A stretch of DNA of 64,000 nt from Methanomassiliicoccales archaeon. Its GTDB lineage: Archaea > Thermoplasmatota > Thermoplasmata > Methanomassiliicoccales > UBA472. Positions 47,908-57,191 of the stretch are shown here, piece after piece. A program made the position numbers and the translations under genes. The stretch is from positions 1,470-65,469 of the forward strand of contig JAVYMA010000003.1 of the NCBI GenBank assembly GCA_038740345.1. The letters run 5' to 3'. Numbering within the stretch: position 1 is the first letter of the stretch; every line of letters begins with the position of its first letter. Below the pieces are notes generated by a model. It was given only the letters and a program-made list of their open reading frames with translations. It was not told the DNA's origin and searched no databases.

Positions 47908-49251
47908 GTGGGAATAATGGATATCGATGAGATCATAAATGAGACCATAGAGAAGAATCCCGGGGAGAAGGAATTTCATCAGGCCGTCAGCGAGGTGTTG
48001 AGGTCCCTAGAACCTGTGCTGAAGGCTAAGCCAGAATACGCCAAGGCCAACATACTCCGGAGAATAGTAGAGCCTGAGCGCAGCATCATATTCAGGGTGA
48101 CTTGGACTGATGATAATGGAGAGGTGCAGGTGAATAGAGGCTATAGGGTGCAGTTCAACAGCGCCATCGGCCCTTACAAGGGAGGACTGCGTTTCCATCC
48201 CTCTGTCAACCTAGGGATCCTTAAATTCTTGGGGTTCGAGCAGGTCTTCAAGAACGCCCTAACCAGCCTTCCCCTAGGAGGAGGAAAAGGGGGTTCCGAC
48301 TTCAACCCCAAGGGAAGGAGTGATGGCGAGGTCATGAGATTCTGCCAGAGCTTCATGAACGAAATGTATCGCTTCTTAGGACCGAACACCGATGTTCCAG
48401 CGGGCGATATTGGCGTGGGTATGAGGGAGATAGGTTACCTCTTCGGACAATATCGAAAAATAACCAATCGCTTCGAGTCGGTGTTCACGGGCAAGGGCTT
48501 CAATTGGGGGGGCTCGCTGATGCGGCCCCAAGCCACTGGCTACGGATGTTGTTATTTCTTGGAGGAGATGCTGAGAGCCAATGGGGATAGTTTAAGAGGT
48601 AAGACTGTGGCGATCTCAGGATCTGGGAATGTGGCGCAATATGCCGCGCAGAAGGTGATTCAACTTGGAGGGAAAGTTGTGACCATGTCGGATTCTGACG
48701 GCACCGTCTATGATCCTGAGGGGATAGATGCCAAGAAATGGGAATTCGTGATGGAACTCAAGAACGTTAAGCGCGGCAGGATCAAGGAATATGCAGAAAG
48801 ATACGGTTGCGAGTATTGGAAAGGAGAGCGACCTTGGAGAGCTCCCTGCGACGTGGCCATGCCCTGCGCCACCCAGAATGAGCTGGATGAGAATGATGCT
48901 CGAGCCCTTCTGAACAATGGAGTGAGGGCTGTGGTAGAGGGGGCCAACATGCCCTGCACCCCTGCAGCTATTTCTCTCTTCATCGACAATAAAGTGCTGT
49001 TCGGTCCGGCCAAAGCGGCCAACGCGGGAGGTGTGGCAACCTCGGGGCTGGAGATGTCCCAGAATCACCTGGGGATACAATGGACCGCCGAGGAGGTGGA
49101 GCAGCAGCTGAGAAGGATCATGATTAACATACATAAGAATGTGGCGCAAGCGGCAGCGGATTACGGCCATGCTGGCAATTATGTCGTGGGGGCCAATATT
49201 GTAGGATTCATAAAGGTGGCGGATTCGATGATAGACCAAGGGGTGCTGTGA
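47908..49251 (+). CDS. gdhA: glutamate dehydrogenase
   Basis: GPYKGGLRFHP, LPLGGGKGG, GSGNVAQYAA motifs. The start may instead be ATG 47917. Confidence 0.92.
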   Translation: MGIMDIDEIINETIEKNPGEKEFHQAVSEVLRSLEPVLKAKPEYAKANILRRIVEPERSIIFRVTWTDDNGEVQVNRGYRVQFNSAIGPYKGGLRFHPSVNLGILKFLGFEQVFKNALTSLPLGGGKGGSDFNPKGRSDGEVMRFCQSFMNEMYRFLGPNTDVPAGDIGVGMREIGYLFGQYRKITNRFESVFTGKGFNWGGSLMRPQATGYGCCYFLEEMLRANGDSLRGKTVAISGSGNVAQYAAQKVIQLGGKVVTMSDSDGTVYDPEGIDAKKWEFVMELKNVKRGRIKEYAERYGCEYWKGERPWRAPCDVAMPCATQNELDENDARALLNNGVRAVVEGANMPCTPAAISLFIDNKVLFGPAKAANAGGVATSGLEMSQNHLGIQWTAEEVEQQLRRIMINIHKNVAQAAADYGHAGNYVVGANIVGFIKVADSMIDQGVL

Positions 49252-49298
49252 AACCTCGCCTAGACTCAACATCAATTAGATCTTGATGTTCTAGGCTA

Positions 49299-50858
49299 TC
49301 ATGCCACGCGACATGCAGGATCGAAAGCCTCTTCTATCCTCTTGAGTACGAATTCCCGGTCGAGCGTGGAAAGGAAATAGCCAAGCCGAGGCCCTTGGCG
49401 CTTATTAATGAATATGGCATACAGTGTCTGGAATGCTGCCTTGGCACCGAGACCTGAAGACTTAGCGCATTCGTAGACTAGGTCGTGGATCTTGTCTCCG
49501 CTCCATTCCGCATCTATCAGCTTGGCATGCACCTCCCTAAGGAAGCGAAGCTCCAAGTCAGAGAGTTCGCATGTGGGGAGAGCAGGGGCCACTTTGAATT
49601 TTACCTCCTCAGGGGCGAAGTGATCAAGCCAATACCGCACGCATCTGGCCCTTTCCCGCAGCAGCTCCACGTCTTCCTCTTTGATCTCAGAGATATGCTC
49701 AGAGCGCTTCAGGATCTCCAGCATCAGGTCGAAGTTGTTGGTTATCTGTACCACCTGGACGAGGTGACGATATGGTACCTGAAGGGGCATGTGCCTGCGG
49801 ACGCCTTTGGGCTGGGCCAATTCATAGGCGCGCAGAAGATCCTTATCCCTTTCCTCTGCCCCCCCTTTGTAATACCAATACTCCACCTTGTCGTACTCGT
49901 CCACCACATCCAGCACGCCCAAGCCCGAGTCGTAATCGATATGACGATCGACATTGTATCGCAAGAAGGAGTAATTGAAGACTGGAGCAGGCGTTATCGC
50001 CAGCGCATCCAGGCCAGTCACCTCCACACCCTTCGACTTGTGCATCTGGCCTTTCCCCTTCAATTGAACGAACTCGTAGGGAATGGGATACGGGGGCTCG
50101 TTTACGAAAACCTCTCGCGCGAAGCGAACCCCGGTGTCATAAGAGCCTCCGGCCGCAGCATGGTCTTTGCCAAAAGGCTCGCAAGTCACCCCGAAGAGCT
50201 TCCATTTCGCAGCCCATTCCACCCTCCAAGGCATCTTTCCATCGGCCTTACGTACGTCCGCTTTGCCTTCATGTCCGCAATGGCATCTATATGTCACATA
50301 GGGGAATTCATAGCCTAAGACCTCGCCCGCGGAGTACTTGCCGCATGCCGAGCACTTGGCAGTATAGGGGAAAAAGTTCTCCCCTACAGCCCGTCCCGTG
50401 ACCTCTCGGAGTATTTTTGCTATGGTATCCCTTTTCCTTATGGCAATGTCCGTTATCTGCGCGAATTTTCCCTGCTGGTAGAGCTCATGCGTCCAATACA
50501 ATCTCGGTTCCAGACCTATCTTCTCCAAGGCTTGCAAAAAGGGCTCGGCGAAATGATGCACATAGCTCGAGTGCTCGCCACAAGGGCATGGTATCTCGGA
50601 TAATGGCTTCTGGACCTCCGCCTCGTAGCTCTCATCCAGGAAAGGGTAACGCTTGCGTAGGGGGTCGAAGGAATCTATGATGTAGATTAGGTCCACATCG
50701 GCTCCTGAATCCTTCAAGGCCTGATAGACCCCACGAGCGGTTACGGCCTCCCTTAGGCTCCCCACATGTATGAATCCAGAGGGGGTTATTCCAGTAGAGA
50801 TTAGGTTTCTGGCGTTCTTTGCCATCAGCTCTTTCGCGATGACATCGGCCCAATGCAT
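49299..50858 (-). CDS. lysK: lysyl-tRNA synthetase, class I
   Basis: MHWAD...GITPSGFIHVGSLRE (HIGH-like) and KMHKSKG (KMSKS-like). Confidence 0.9.
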   Translation of the reverse strand: MHWADVIAKELMAKNARNLISTGITPSGFIHVGSLREAVTARGVYQALKDSGADVDLIYIIDSFDPLRKRYPFLDESYEAEVQKPLSEIPCPCGEHSSYVHHFAEPFLQALEKIGLEPRLYWTHELYQQGKFAQITDIAIRKRDTIAKILREVTGRAVGENFFPYTAKCSACGKYSAGEVLGYEFPYVTYRCHCGHEGKADVRKADGKMPWRVEWAAKWKLFGVTCEPFGKDHAAAGGSYDTGVRFAREVFVNEPPYPIPYEFVQLKGKGQMHKSKGVEVTGLDALAITPAPVFNYSFLRYNVDRHIDYDSGLGVLDVVDEYDKVEYWYYKGGAEERDKDLLRAYELAQPKGVRRHMPLQVPYRHLVQVVQITNNFDLMLEILKRSEHISEIKEEDVELLRERARCVRYWLDHFAPEEVKFKVAPALPTCELSDLELRFLREVHAKLIDAEWSGDKIHDLVYECAKSSGLGAKAAFQTLYAIFINKRQGPRLGYFLSTLDREFVLKRIEEAFDPACRVA

Positions 50859-51018
50859 GCTGATCAGGGCGCCTCAAGGCGATGCTGAATATTAATCTTG
50901 CTAGACGCGATAGCCCATCCACTCGCGGCCTGCACGTCTATGACCAAAAGATATCAACATATAGTTGATAACTATTCTTCGATATGATTAAATAGCAAGG
51001 GCATAGTCGAAAAAATGA

Positions 51019-51528
51019 ATGAATGCGCAGGAATTCCAAGAGAGGTTGGAAAGGGCTCGGGACATCCCTGAGATATTCGAACTGGTCAAGCTGGCAGTGA
51101 GGAAGACATGGGGAAAGGAGAGGTCAGGGCTCATGCTCGGTCTCTCAGATCTTGGTGGAGGCCCAGAAGGATTCGTAGGGGCATATTATCCAGTGGCCAC
51201 GAATATCATTGTGATGAATAGAATGCCCCTGCTCAGAATAAAGCAGAAAGAACCCCATCTCTATCGTTCTTACATCTTCCACATATTACTTCATGAGTAC
51301 ATCCACTCGCTAGGGATCATGGATGAGGCGGAAACGCGCAACAGGGTGAGGGAGATCAGCGAGAAGGTACTCGGACCAGAGCACCCTGCCTCCCAATTGG
51401 CCGCGGATATAAGCAGGTTCATGCCCAGCCTGGTATATCCCATAGGAAGTTGGAATCCGAAGGAAGGGCAGACATTGGAGCTTATTCGGGGCTTCGATCG
51501 TTCCGCATCCGACAATTACATCCGCTGA
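51019..51528 (+). CDS. hypothetical protein with HExxH motif (putative minimal zinc metallopeptidase)
   Basis: HILLHEYIHSLG in a 169-aa soluble protein. No family recognised. Confidence 0.4.
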   Translation: MNAQEFQERLERARDIPEIFELVKLAVRKTWGKERSGLMLGLSDLGGGPEGFVGAYYPVATNIIVMNRMPLLRIKQKEPHLYRSYIFHILLHEYIHSLGIMDEAETRNRVREISEKVLGPEHPASQLAADISRFMPSLVYPIGSWNPKEGQTLELIRGFDRSASDNYIR

Positions 51529-51602
51529 AGATCGCGCGGTGAGATAATCATGGTGGTGCCAAAGGTTTTTTAAAGGCACGGAGGATTCGAGCTTCGATAG
51601 AG

Positions 51603-51773
51603 ATGGTGAAAGAGGGCAAGAAAGGTTCAGGGTTCCAATCAGCCGCGGGGCTTATACGCTATTTCGACTCCGAGGACGAGAAAGCCTTGAAGATAAACCC
51701 CTATTTCGTGCTCATTTTCGCCGCCTTCTTGATCCTTATCGTGGAGCTTGCCAAGATTATCTGGCCATACTAG
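51603..51773 (+). CDS. secG: preprotein translocase subunit SecG (Sec61-beta), not in ORF track (56 aa)
   Basis: My translation: MVKEGKKGSGFQSAAGLIRYFDSEDEKALKINPYFVLIFAAFLILIVELAKIIWPY. It shows the SAAGLxRYFD motif plus a single C-terminal TM helix. Confidence 0.8.
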   Translation: MVKEGKKGSGFQSAAGLIRYFDSEDEKALKINPYFVLIFAAFLILIVELAKIIWPY

Positions 51774-51793
51774 CTGCCTTGTTTAAAGCGGCA

Positions 51794-53038
51794 TTATAGT
51801 TTGGCTTCTGCGGTCCCGAAATGCTTGTGACGCATCTTCCTTTTGACGGCCCAGCCAAGGAGACTGGGTGTCATTATCGTGGTCAATAAGGACATGAACA
51901 CCACCACAGCATAGAGGCTTTCGCTCAGCACTCCTGCCATCAATCCGATGGAGGCCACGATTATCCCTACTTCTCCTCGAGGTATCATCCCCACCCCAAT
52001 TATGTTGGCGGAGCCTTTGCCCAATTTCAGGGAGCCGAGGAATGCCCCTGCGAATTTGGTCAGTGCCGCGAGGATGGTCACTACCACCACCAGGAATATG
52101 GTCTCCATGGTGGAGATGGCCGACAGGTTCACCAGGAAGCCTATCTGAAGGAAGAAGAATGGCACCAGGAACTCGTTGATGGGATTGAATTTCTCCTCGG
52201 CGGGCCATATGTCCCTAAGCTCTGCGAAGAGCATACCGGCCAAGAAAGCTCCCACGATCGCGGCCAGGTTGAGATACGAAGCCAAGGCGGACAGGCCGAA
52301 GCAGACTACGAGCGCGAAGGGCAGTGGACTGATATGCTTGTGCAGACCTTTACGATGGCTCTCCGGCCTCTGATTCAGGCGGGAACGGGCCTTGGGGACC
52401 ATGGCCGTGATGAACATTATAAGGAGCACGAATGCCACCGCGAGCGCCGCCACCACCGCTATGTCGATTATGTTCAAACTGCCTCCGATAGCTATGCCGC
52501 TAACCATAGAGAGCACTATCAAGCCCAGAACGTCATCGATGACCGCAGCGCCCAAGATAACCTTAGCCTCGATGGTTTCCATCATCCCCAGGTCCTTGAG
52601 TACATATGCGGTTATGCCCACACTGGTGGCCACCATGGCCGCTCCTACGAACAGAGCCTCCAGAACGCTATGTTGGAGGATCAACATGAGCGCAAGCCCC
52701 ACGAAGAAGGGCACGATCACGCCCAGCACAGCAACTAGAGCCGCCGTCCTTCCCACTCTTCTCAACTCGTGAAGGGGCGTTTCAAGGCCCACAGTGAAAA
52801 GGAGGAATATCACTCCCAACTCAGCAAATACATCGAAAACCGCTCGATTCTCCTCCTCGCTTAGCTTGAGCATAGAGAACAACGACTGGCCGTCCAGGGT
52901 GATGTTGGAAAGCAGTATCCCCACCAGGACCACGCCCACGATCACCGGGACCTCGAAGCGCCTGCATAGCACAGTGGCCATGTTGGCCAGTAGGACGAGC
53001 ACAAAGAGCTCGACTAAGATTATCTCGAGGTCTATCAA
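51794..53038 (-). CDS. cation:proton antiporter (CPA2/Kef-type)
   Basis: 414 aa, about 12 TM, with Na+/H+-exchanger-family patterns (FLLFTVGLE, GMIPRGEVG). Confidence 0.8.
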   Translation of the reverse strand: MIDLEIILVELFVLVLLANMATVLCRRFEVPVIVGVVLVGILLSNITLDGQSLFSMLKLSEEENRAVFDVFAELGVIFLLFTVGLETPLHELRRVGRTAALVAVLGVIVPFFVGLALMLILQHSVLEALFVGAAMVATSVGITAYVLKDLGMMETIEAKVILGAAVIDDVLGLIVLSMVSGIAIGGSLNIIDIAVVAALAVAFVLLIMFITAMVPKARSRLNQRPESHRKGLHKHISPLPFALVVCFGLSALASYLNLAAIVGAFLAGMLFAELRDIWPAEEKFNPINEFLVPFFFLQIGFLVNLSAISTMETIFLVVVVTILAALTKFAGAFLGSLKLGKGSANIIGVGMIPRGEVGIIVASIGLMAGVLSESLYAVVVFMSLLTTIMTPSLLGWAVKRKMRHKHFGTAEAKL

Positions 53039-53178
53039 GCTAAGCCCCAGCAGCGTATCCGCTATGGCTTATATAATCTGTGGTCAGCCTGTGGTCTGCC
53101 GTCGGCCACCTCCTTTCCTCTCCACGGCATGCCAAAAAAGATAAGTAAGGCTTTCAATGCCGGGGCGAGTGAATTAAG

Positions 53179-53715
53179 ATGTCGCTGTGGAAGAAAGTGC
53201 CTTCAGGGAGAAGCCCACCAGACATAATCAACGTGATCATAGAGACCCCAAAAGGCAGTAAGAACAAATATGAGGTCTCCAAGGAGCATGACTTCATCCT
53301 CTTGGATCGGGTGCTGCATTCCAGCGTGGTATTCCCTCATTCCTATGGCCTCATCCCTCGCACTTGGTACGATGACGATGATCCTATGGACATCATGGTG
53401 ATGCTTTCCGAGACCACATTCCCTGGCTGCGTGGTCGAGGCGAGGCCCATAGGCATGCTGAAGATAAATGATGAGAAAGGCAAGGATGATAAGGTCTTGG
53501 CCGTGGCCACCAATGACCCCCGCATGAAGGAGTATCATGAGCTGGAGGACGTGCCGAGGCATTATCTGAACGAGATAGCCGAGTTCTTCAAGACTTACAA
53601 GACCCTGGAGGAAGGAAAGCACACATTGGTAGAAGGTTGGGTGGGACGTGAGGAGGCCATATCCGCTATATCCTACGGCCTCGGATTATTCCGTGAGAAG
53701 TTCGCTTACAAGTGA
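53179..53715 (+). CDS. ppa: inorganic pyrophosphatase, family I
   Basis: VIIETPKGSKNKYE, DDDPMDIMV, DKVLAV motifs. Confidence 0.9.
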   Translation: MSLWKKVPSGRSPPDIINVIIETPKGSKNKYEVSKEHDFILLDRVLHSSVVFPHSYGLIPRTWYDDDDPMDIMVMLSETTFPGCVVEARPIGMLKINDEKGKDDKVLAVATNDPRMKEYHELEDVPRHYLNEIAEFFKTYKTLEEGKHTLVEGWVGREEAISAISYGLGLFREKFAYK

Positions 53716-53861
53716 GCAAGGCGGAAGGAATAGATTCCTGCCTTGAAAGCTCTCCAACCCAAAAGCGACTGTATCGCCCAGGACCGATGCTGCTGGTATA
53801 GGGCAAAGAACAAAGAGTATAAAGTGCAGAATTGGCGGTCGCTATAATCTGATTTGACATG

Positions 53862-54245
53862 TCATGAGGGGACGAACTTCACGTAGCTTATAGCATCGTC
53901 TCTCTGGAACGACGAGATCAACTCCTGAACCAGGGTTGCGTCTCCTCGAACGATGAAGACCTCCAAGCACTTCTGATCTTTCAGATGCGAATGGATCTGC
54001 GTCTTCACCACCTCCTGATGCGCATGGCTGAGCTGACCCAGACCGGGGGAGCCATGGGAAGAGTGGACGACGATCAGCACGCCCTCCACTTCTCCTTTAA
54101 GTCTTTCCTTGTCACGGACCTCGGCCTCTGCCGACCTCAGGGCCACCCTTATGACTTCGCTGCGACTGCTCAGGCCATGAGACCTCTGGAGCTTCTCCAG
54201 GGCCTTGATGTTCTCATCGCTGAGGGAGATGGATATTATGGGCAT
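53862..54245 (-). CDS. nikR: NikR-like nickel-responsive regulator (RHH + ACT-like domain)
   Basis: N-terminal ribbon-helix-helix ISISLSDENIKALEKL...SRSEVIRVALR and a His-rich C-terminal domain (VVHSSHG..HAHQ..HSHL). Confidence 0.75.
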   Translation of the reverse strand: MPIISISLSDENIKALEKLQRSHGLSSRSEVIRVALRSAEAEVRDKERLKGEVEGVLIVVHSSHGSPGLGQLSHAHQEVVKTQIHSHLKDQKCLEVFIVRGDATLVQELISSFQRDDAISYVKFVPS

Positions 54246-54278
54246 GAGGATGCATATGGCTTATATGTCTAAGGCACT

Positions 54279-55661
54279 TTGCGTCGCAAGACTTTTAGCA
54301 TGGGAGAGGATTCCTGGCCTTCAAAAGGGATGGGGATGTTCAGCCAGGGCGCGTCAGCTTTCGAGAGAGTGACAGAGCTCTTCTTATCGCGGTACGCTCT
54401 GAGGCCAGTCCCTCATGAAGCATGTATGGCTTTTCTCCTTAGGTACGCCGTCGACCCGGAGATGAGATGCGCCATCTCAAGGAAAATCTGCCAAGATAAG
54501 GAGTTGGCGGAGCGCCGGGAGGAGTTGGGTTTCGTATTGGCCTTAGAATTGGTGCTGGAGGAGAAGGGGCGCAGGCTGTTCCAGCACATCATCTCCGAGG
54601 CGCGCATCGCTGAGTTGCAAGCAGAATACCCTGAGGTGTTCGGCAAGGACTTCTCCCAGAAGAACAGTAAGAGCTTTCAGGAATTGCTAGAGGAAGCTTG
54701 TCGCCTGGACACTAATCAGGCAGGAGTAGTGCTTTGGCTTTCCAAGGCCATCGATAATATCTTCCCCGAAGGTGCCGAGACAAAAGCCATTCTTGACATG
54801 ATCAAGAGGCATGCGGCTATCCTGCTTTTGGAGAAGAATTGGATGAGAGACTTGACTGCTTTCCAAGAAGCCCTCAAAGAGGATGTCACGAAGATCCTCA
54901 ACGCCTTGGGCGAGAGACCGGAGATCGATGAAGGCCAGGCTAAGAGGGTCCTCAGCAGGTCCCAAGAAGTGGAGCTTATATTCTGCGTCGCCACCCAAGC
55001 CATCGCGCTCAGGCATTACCAGGCCTTGGATGAGGATGAGAAGAAGCGGATCGAATCCTCCTCCGAGGAGCTGTCGTGGGACGAGAACTCCCTCAAGGAA
55101 GGGATGGAGAGGAGACTTTCCTGGTCGGAGGATGCTTCGGAGGCGATAAGGTCAATGATATCGGCAGCAGAAGCGCTGAGGCAATACGGTGAGGTCGAGG
55201 CAGCATTAAGACTGTATTCGCTGCTCTTGGAACGAGTCGATGCGGAAACGCGCCTGAGAGCAGAGCTGCACAATCGCATGGCTGTGATCCATCGAGAGAT
55301 GAGCCGATGGAAGGAAGCGCTCCTCGACTTCCAGCAAGCAGGCATGCTGTGGGAAGAGGCGGGGGCGATGTATGAGGAGGCAGTGACCTCAAGCCTCATA
55401 GCTGAAGCATATGGCAAACTAGGGAAGAGGGAGAAGGCGATGAGATATCTTGAGGAATCCTTCTCCCACTTGGAGAAAGCAGGTGCGAATGACGAGAGGA
55501 TGGCCAGAGGATATTTCTATCTGGCTGCTTGTTCCAATGGTCTAGGTCGCTTAGACTTGGAGAAAAAGGCGCTGGAGCGAGGAATCGAGTTCGCCCAACG
55601 CTTGGAAGATAGCGAGCTGTTCTTGGAGTTCAACCATAGGCTGATGTCGCTCGGCAGCTAA
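54279..55661 (+). CDS. TPR-like helical-repeat protein (460 aa)
   Basis: The C-terminal third has TPR-like repeats (EEAVTSSLIAEAYGKLGKREKAMRYLEES...). The start is uncertain. Confidence 0.5.
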   Translation: MRRKTFSMGEDSWPSKGMGMFSQGASAFERVTELFLSRYALRPVPHEACMAFLLRYAVDPEMRCAISRKICQDKELAERREELGFVLALELVLEEKGRRLFQHIISEARIAELQAEYPEVFGKDFSQKNSKSFQELLEEACRLDTNQAGVVLWLSKAIDNIFPEGAETKAILDMIKRHAAILLLEKNWMRDLTAFQEALKEDVTKILNALGERPEIDEGQAKRVLSRSQEVELIFCVATQAIALRHYQALDEDEKKRIESSSEELSWDENSLKEGMERRLSWSEDASEAIRSMISAAEALRQYGEVEAALRLYSLLLERVDAETRLRAELHNRMAVIHREMSRWKEALLDFQQAGMLWEEAGAMYEEAVTSSLIAEAYGKLGKREKAMRYLEESFSHLEKAGANDERMARGYFYLAACSNGLGRLDLEKKALERGIEFAQRLEDSELFLEFNHRLMSLGS

Positions 55662-55709
55662 GGACATCTATTATAAGCGACGTAAGCGTTCTTTCGCATT
55701 GGGAGAGAG

Positions 55710-56627
55710 ATGCAGTTCGGAGCGGGCGCAGAGAAGATCATTGAGAGGGTCAGAGTAAAGCCGGGCAGCAAGGTAAGCCTGAAGGACTATCCTTCCGAGT
55801 GGGATGGGCCAGAGCAATTCTCAGTGAACGGGATGGAGCTGACGAAGGCCAATTCTGAAAAGCTGCTGGAGATGACCAGGAAGGAACTGACCAAGATGCA
55901 GGATATGCTTTGGGCCGATAACAGCCATTCCGCGCTAATCATCCTCCAGGGCATGGACGCTGCAGGCAAGGACGGCCTTATCAAGCACGTCATGTCAGGT
56001 TTGAATCCTCAGGGCTGCCGCGTGACACCGTTTCGAGCGCCTACGCATGAAGAGCTTGATCATGATTTTTTGTGGCGCTGCATGAAGGCGTTACCAGGTA
56101 GAGGTGAGATCGGGATCTTCAACCGCTCATATTACGAGGAGGTCTTGATAGTGAAGGTGAACCCCAGCTATCTGGTGCCGCAGAGGCTTCCCTACGAGAA
56201 GTTCGATAGGACATTCTGGGAGGAGAGGTATCAAAGCATCAACGATATGGAACGGCATCTGGTAAGGAACGGGACCTTGATTATCAAGTTCTTCCTCAAC
56301 ATTTCCAAGAAGGAGCAGAGGATAAGGCTTCTGGAGAGGATGGGGACGCCAGAGAAGAGATGGAAATTCAATCCCAACGACATACTGGAAAGGGAGAAAT
56401 GGAATGAATATATGGAGGCGTATCGCCAGATGCTCGAGGCCACCAGCACCAAATACGCCCCCTGGTACGTCCTGCCAGCGGACCAGAAATGGCTGACCAG
56501 GGTGCTGGGCGCACTCATAATCACCACTCAGATCGCCAGCTTAGACCTCAAATATCCCGAATTGCCCAAGGAGCAGCTTCTTGCGATGGAGGAGATGAAG
56601 AGACTACTCCAGAAGGAGAAGGGTTGA
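55710..56627 (+). CDS. ppk2: polyphosphate kinase 2 family protein
   Basis: ILQGMDAAGKDG Walker-A-like motif, FNRSYYE, and the RW.FNP..ILERE lid region. Confidence 0.85.
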   Translation: MQFGAGAEKIIERVRVKPGSKVSLKDYPSEWDGPEQFSVNGMELTKANSEKLLEMTRKELTKMQDMLWADNSHSALIILQGMDAAGKDGLIKHVMSGLNPQGCRVTPFRAPTHEELDHDFLWRCMKALPGRGEIGIFNRSYYEEVLIVKVNPSYLVPQRLPYEKFDRTFWEERYQSINDMERHLVRNGTLIIKFFLNISKKEQRIRLLERMGTPEKRWKFNPNDILEREKWNEYMEAYRQMLEATSTKYAPWYVLPADQKWLTRVLGALIITTQIASLDLKYPELPKEQLLAMEEMKRLLQKEKG

Positions 56628-57191
56628 GCTTAATTTCATCATAGGATTCTCGAAATGACAAACTCGAGGCCAATTGCTTAAGGATTGGAATATAGAATAT
56701 CGAACTGCTCATACAGGATGTTATCAGGTTGGTTTTATATTCTAACGTGCACCTTGAATTTCCACGACCTTATTGGAAGACCACTGCACCGTGATTTATG
56801 AATTCACCTGTACTGTTTAACTGCTCCGTTTGCCTGACACCCATAAAATGGTACAAGTCATGCTCTCTTTACCGCTTTGGAGAAGATAGGGAGCGAGACG
56901 CAAGGGATCGCTCTTTTTATGAGACAGACCTAACTCCATCTATGCGATTGGAGAAGACGTTTCAAGAAGAGTTCATGGAAAGCATATCCATTTTCGTAAA
57001 GCCAGGGTTCAATCAAGGATATATTCAACTTCAACGATCAGTCTGAAAATAGAGTCGATGGCGTCTCAAATATGTCCAGGCATCACACATTTCTTCACAT
57101 GCGTGAATAAGTGTATCGATAGACAATCTAATTAACCACTGATGCCAATCTTTCCAATGAAGGGGTATATCTAAGGTGACAACTTCTCGTT

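Noticed and set aside
49485-50318. A 277-aa ORF antisense to lysK. Similar long antisense ORFs run opposite gdhA (48616-49275, 219 aa), top6B, the CPA2 antiporter and the TPR gene.
   Set aside because: Each lies entirely opposite a gene with strong, motif-level homology. Their translations are low-complexity (Arg/Leu/His/Pro-rich) with no recognisable motifs or SD. Stop-poor antisense frames are expected from the codon bias of the sense genes.
56798-57046. An 82-aa ORF at the left edge of the islet.
   Set aside because: It has no SD and no family resemblance. It may be another gene remnant, but I cannot support a call.
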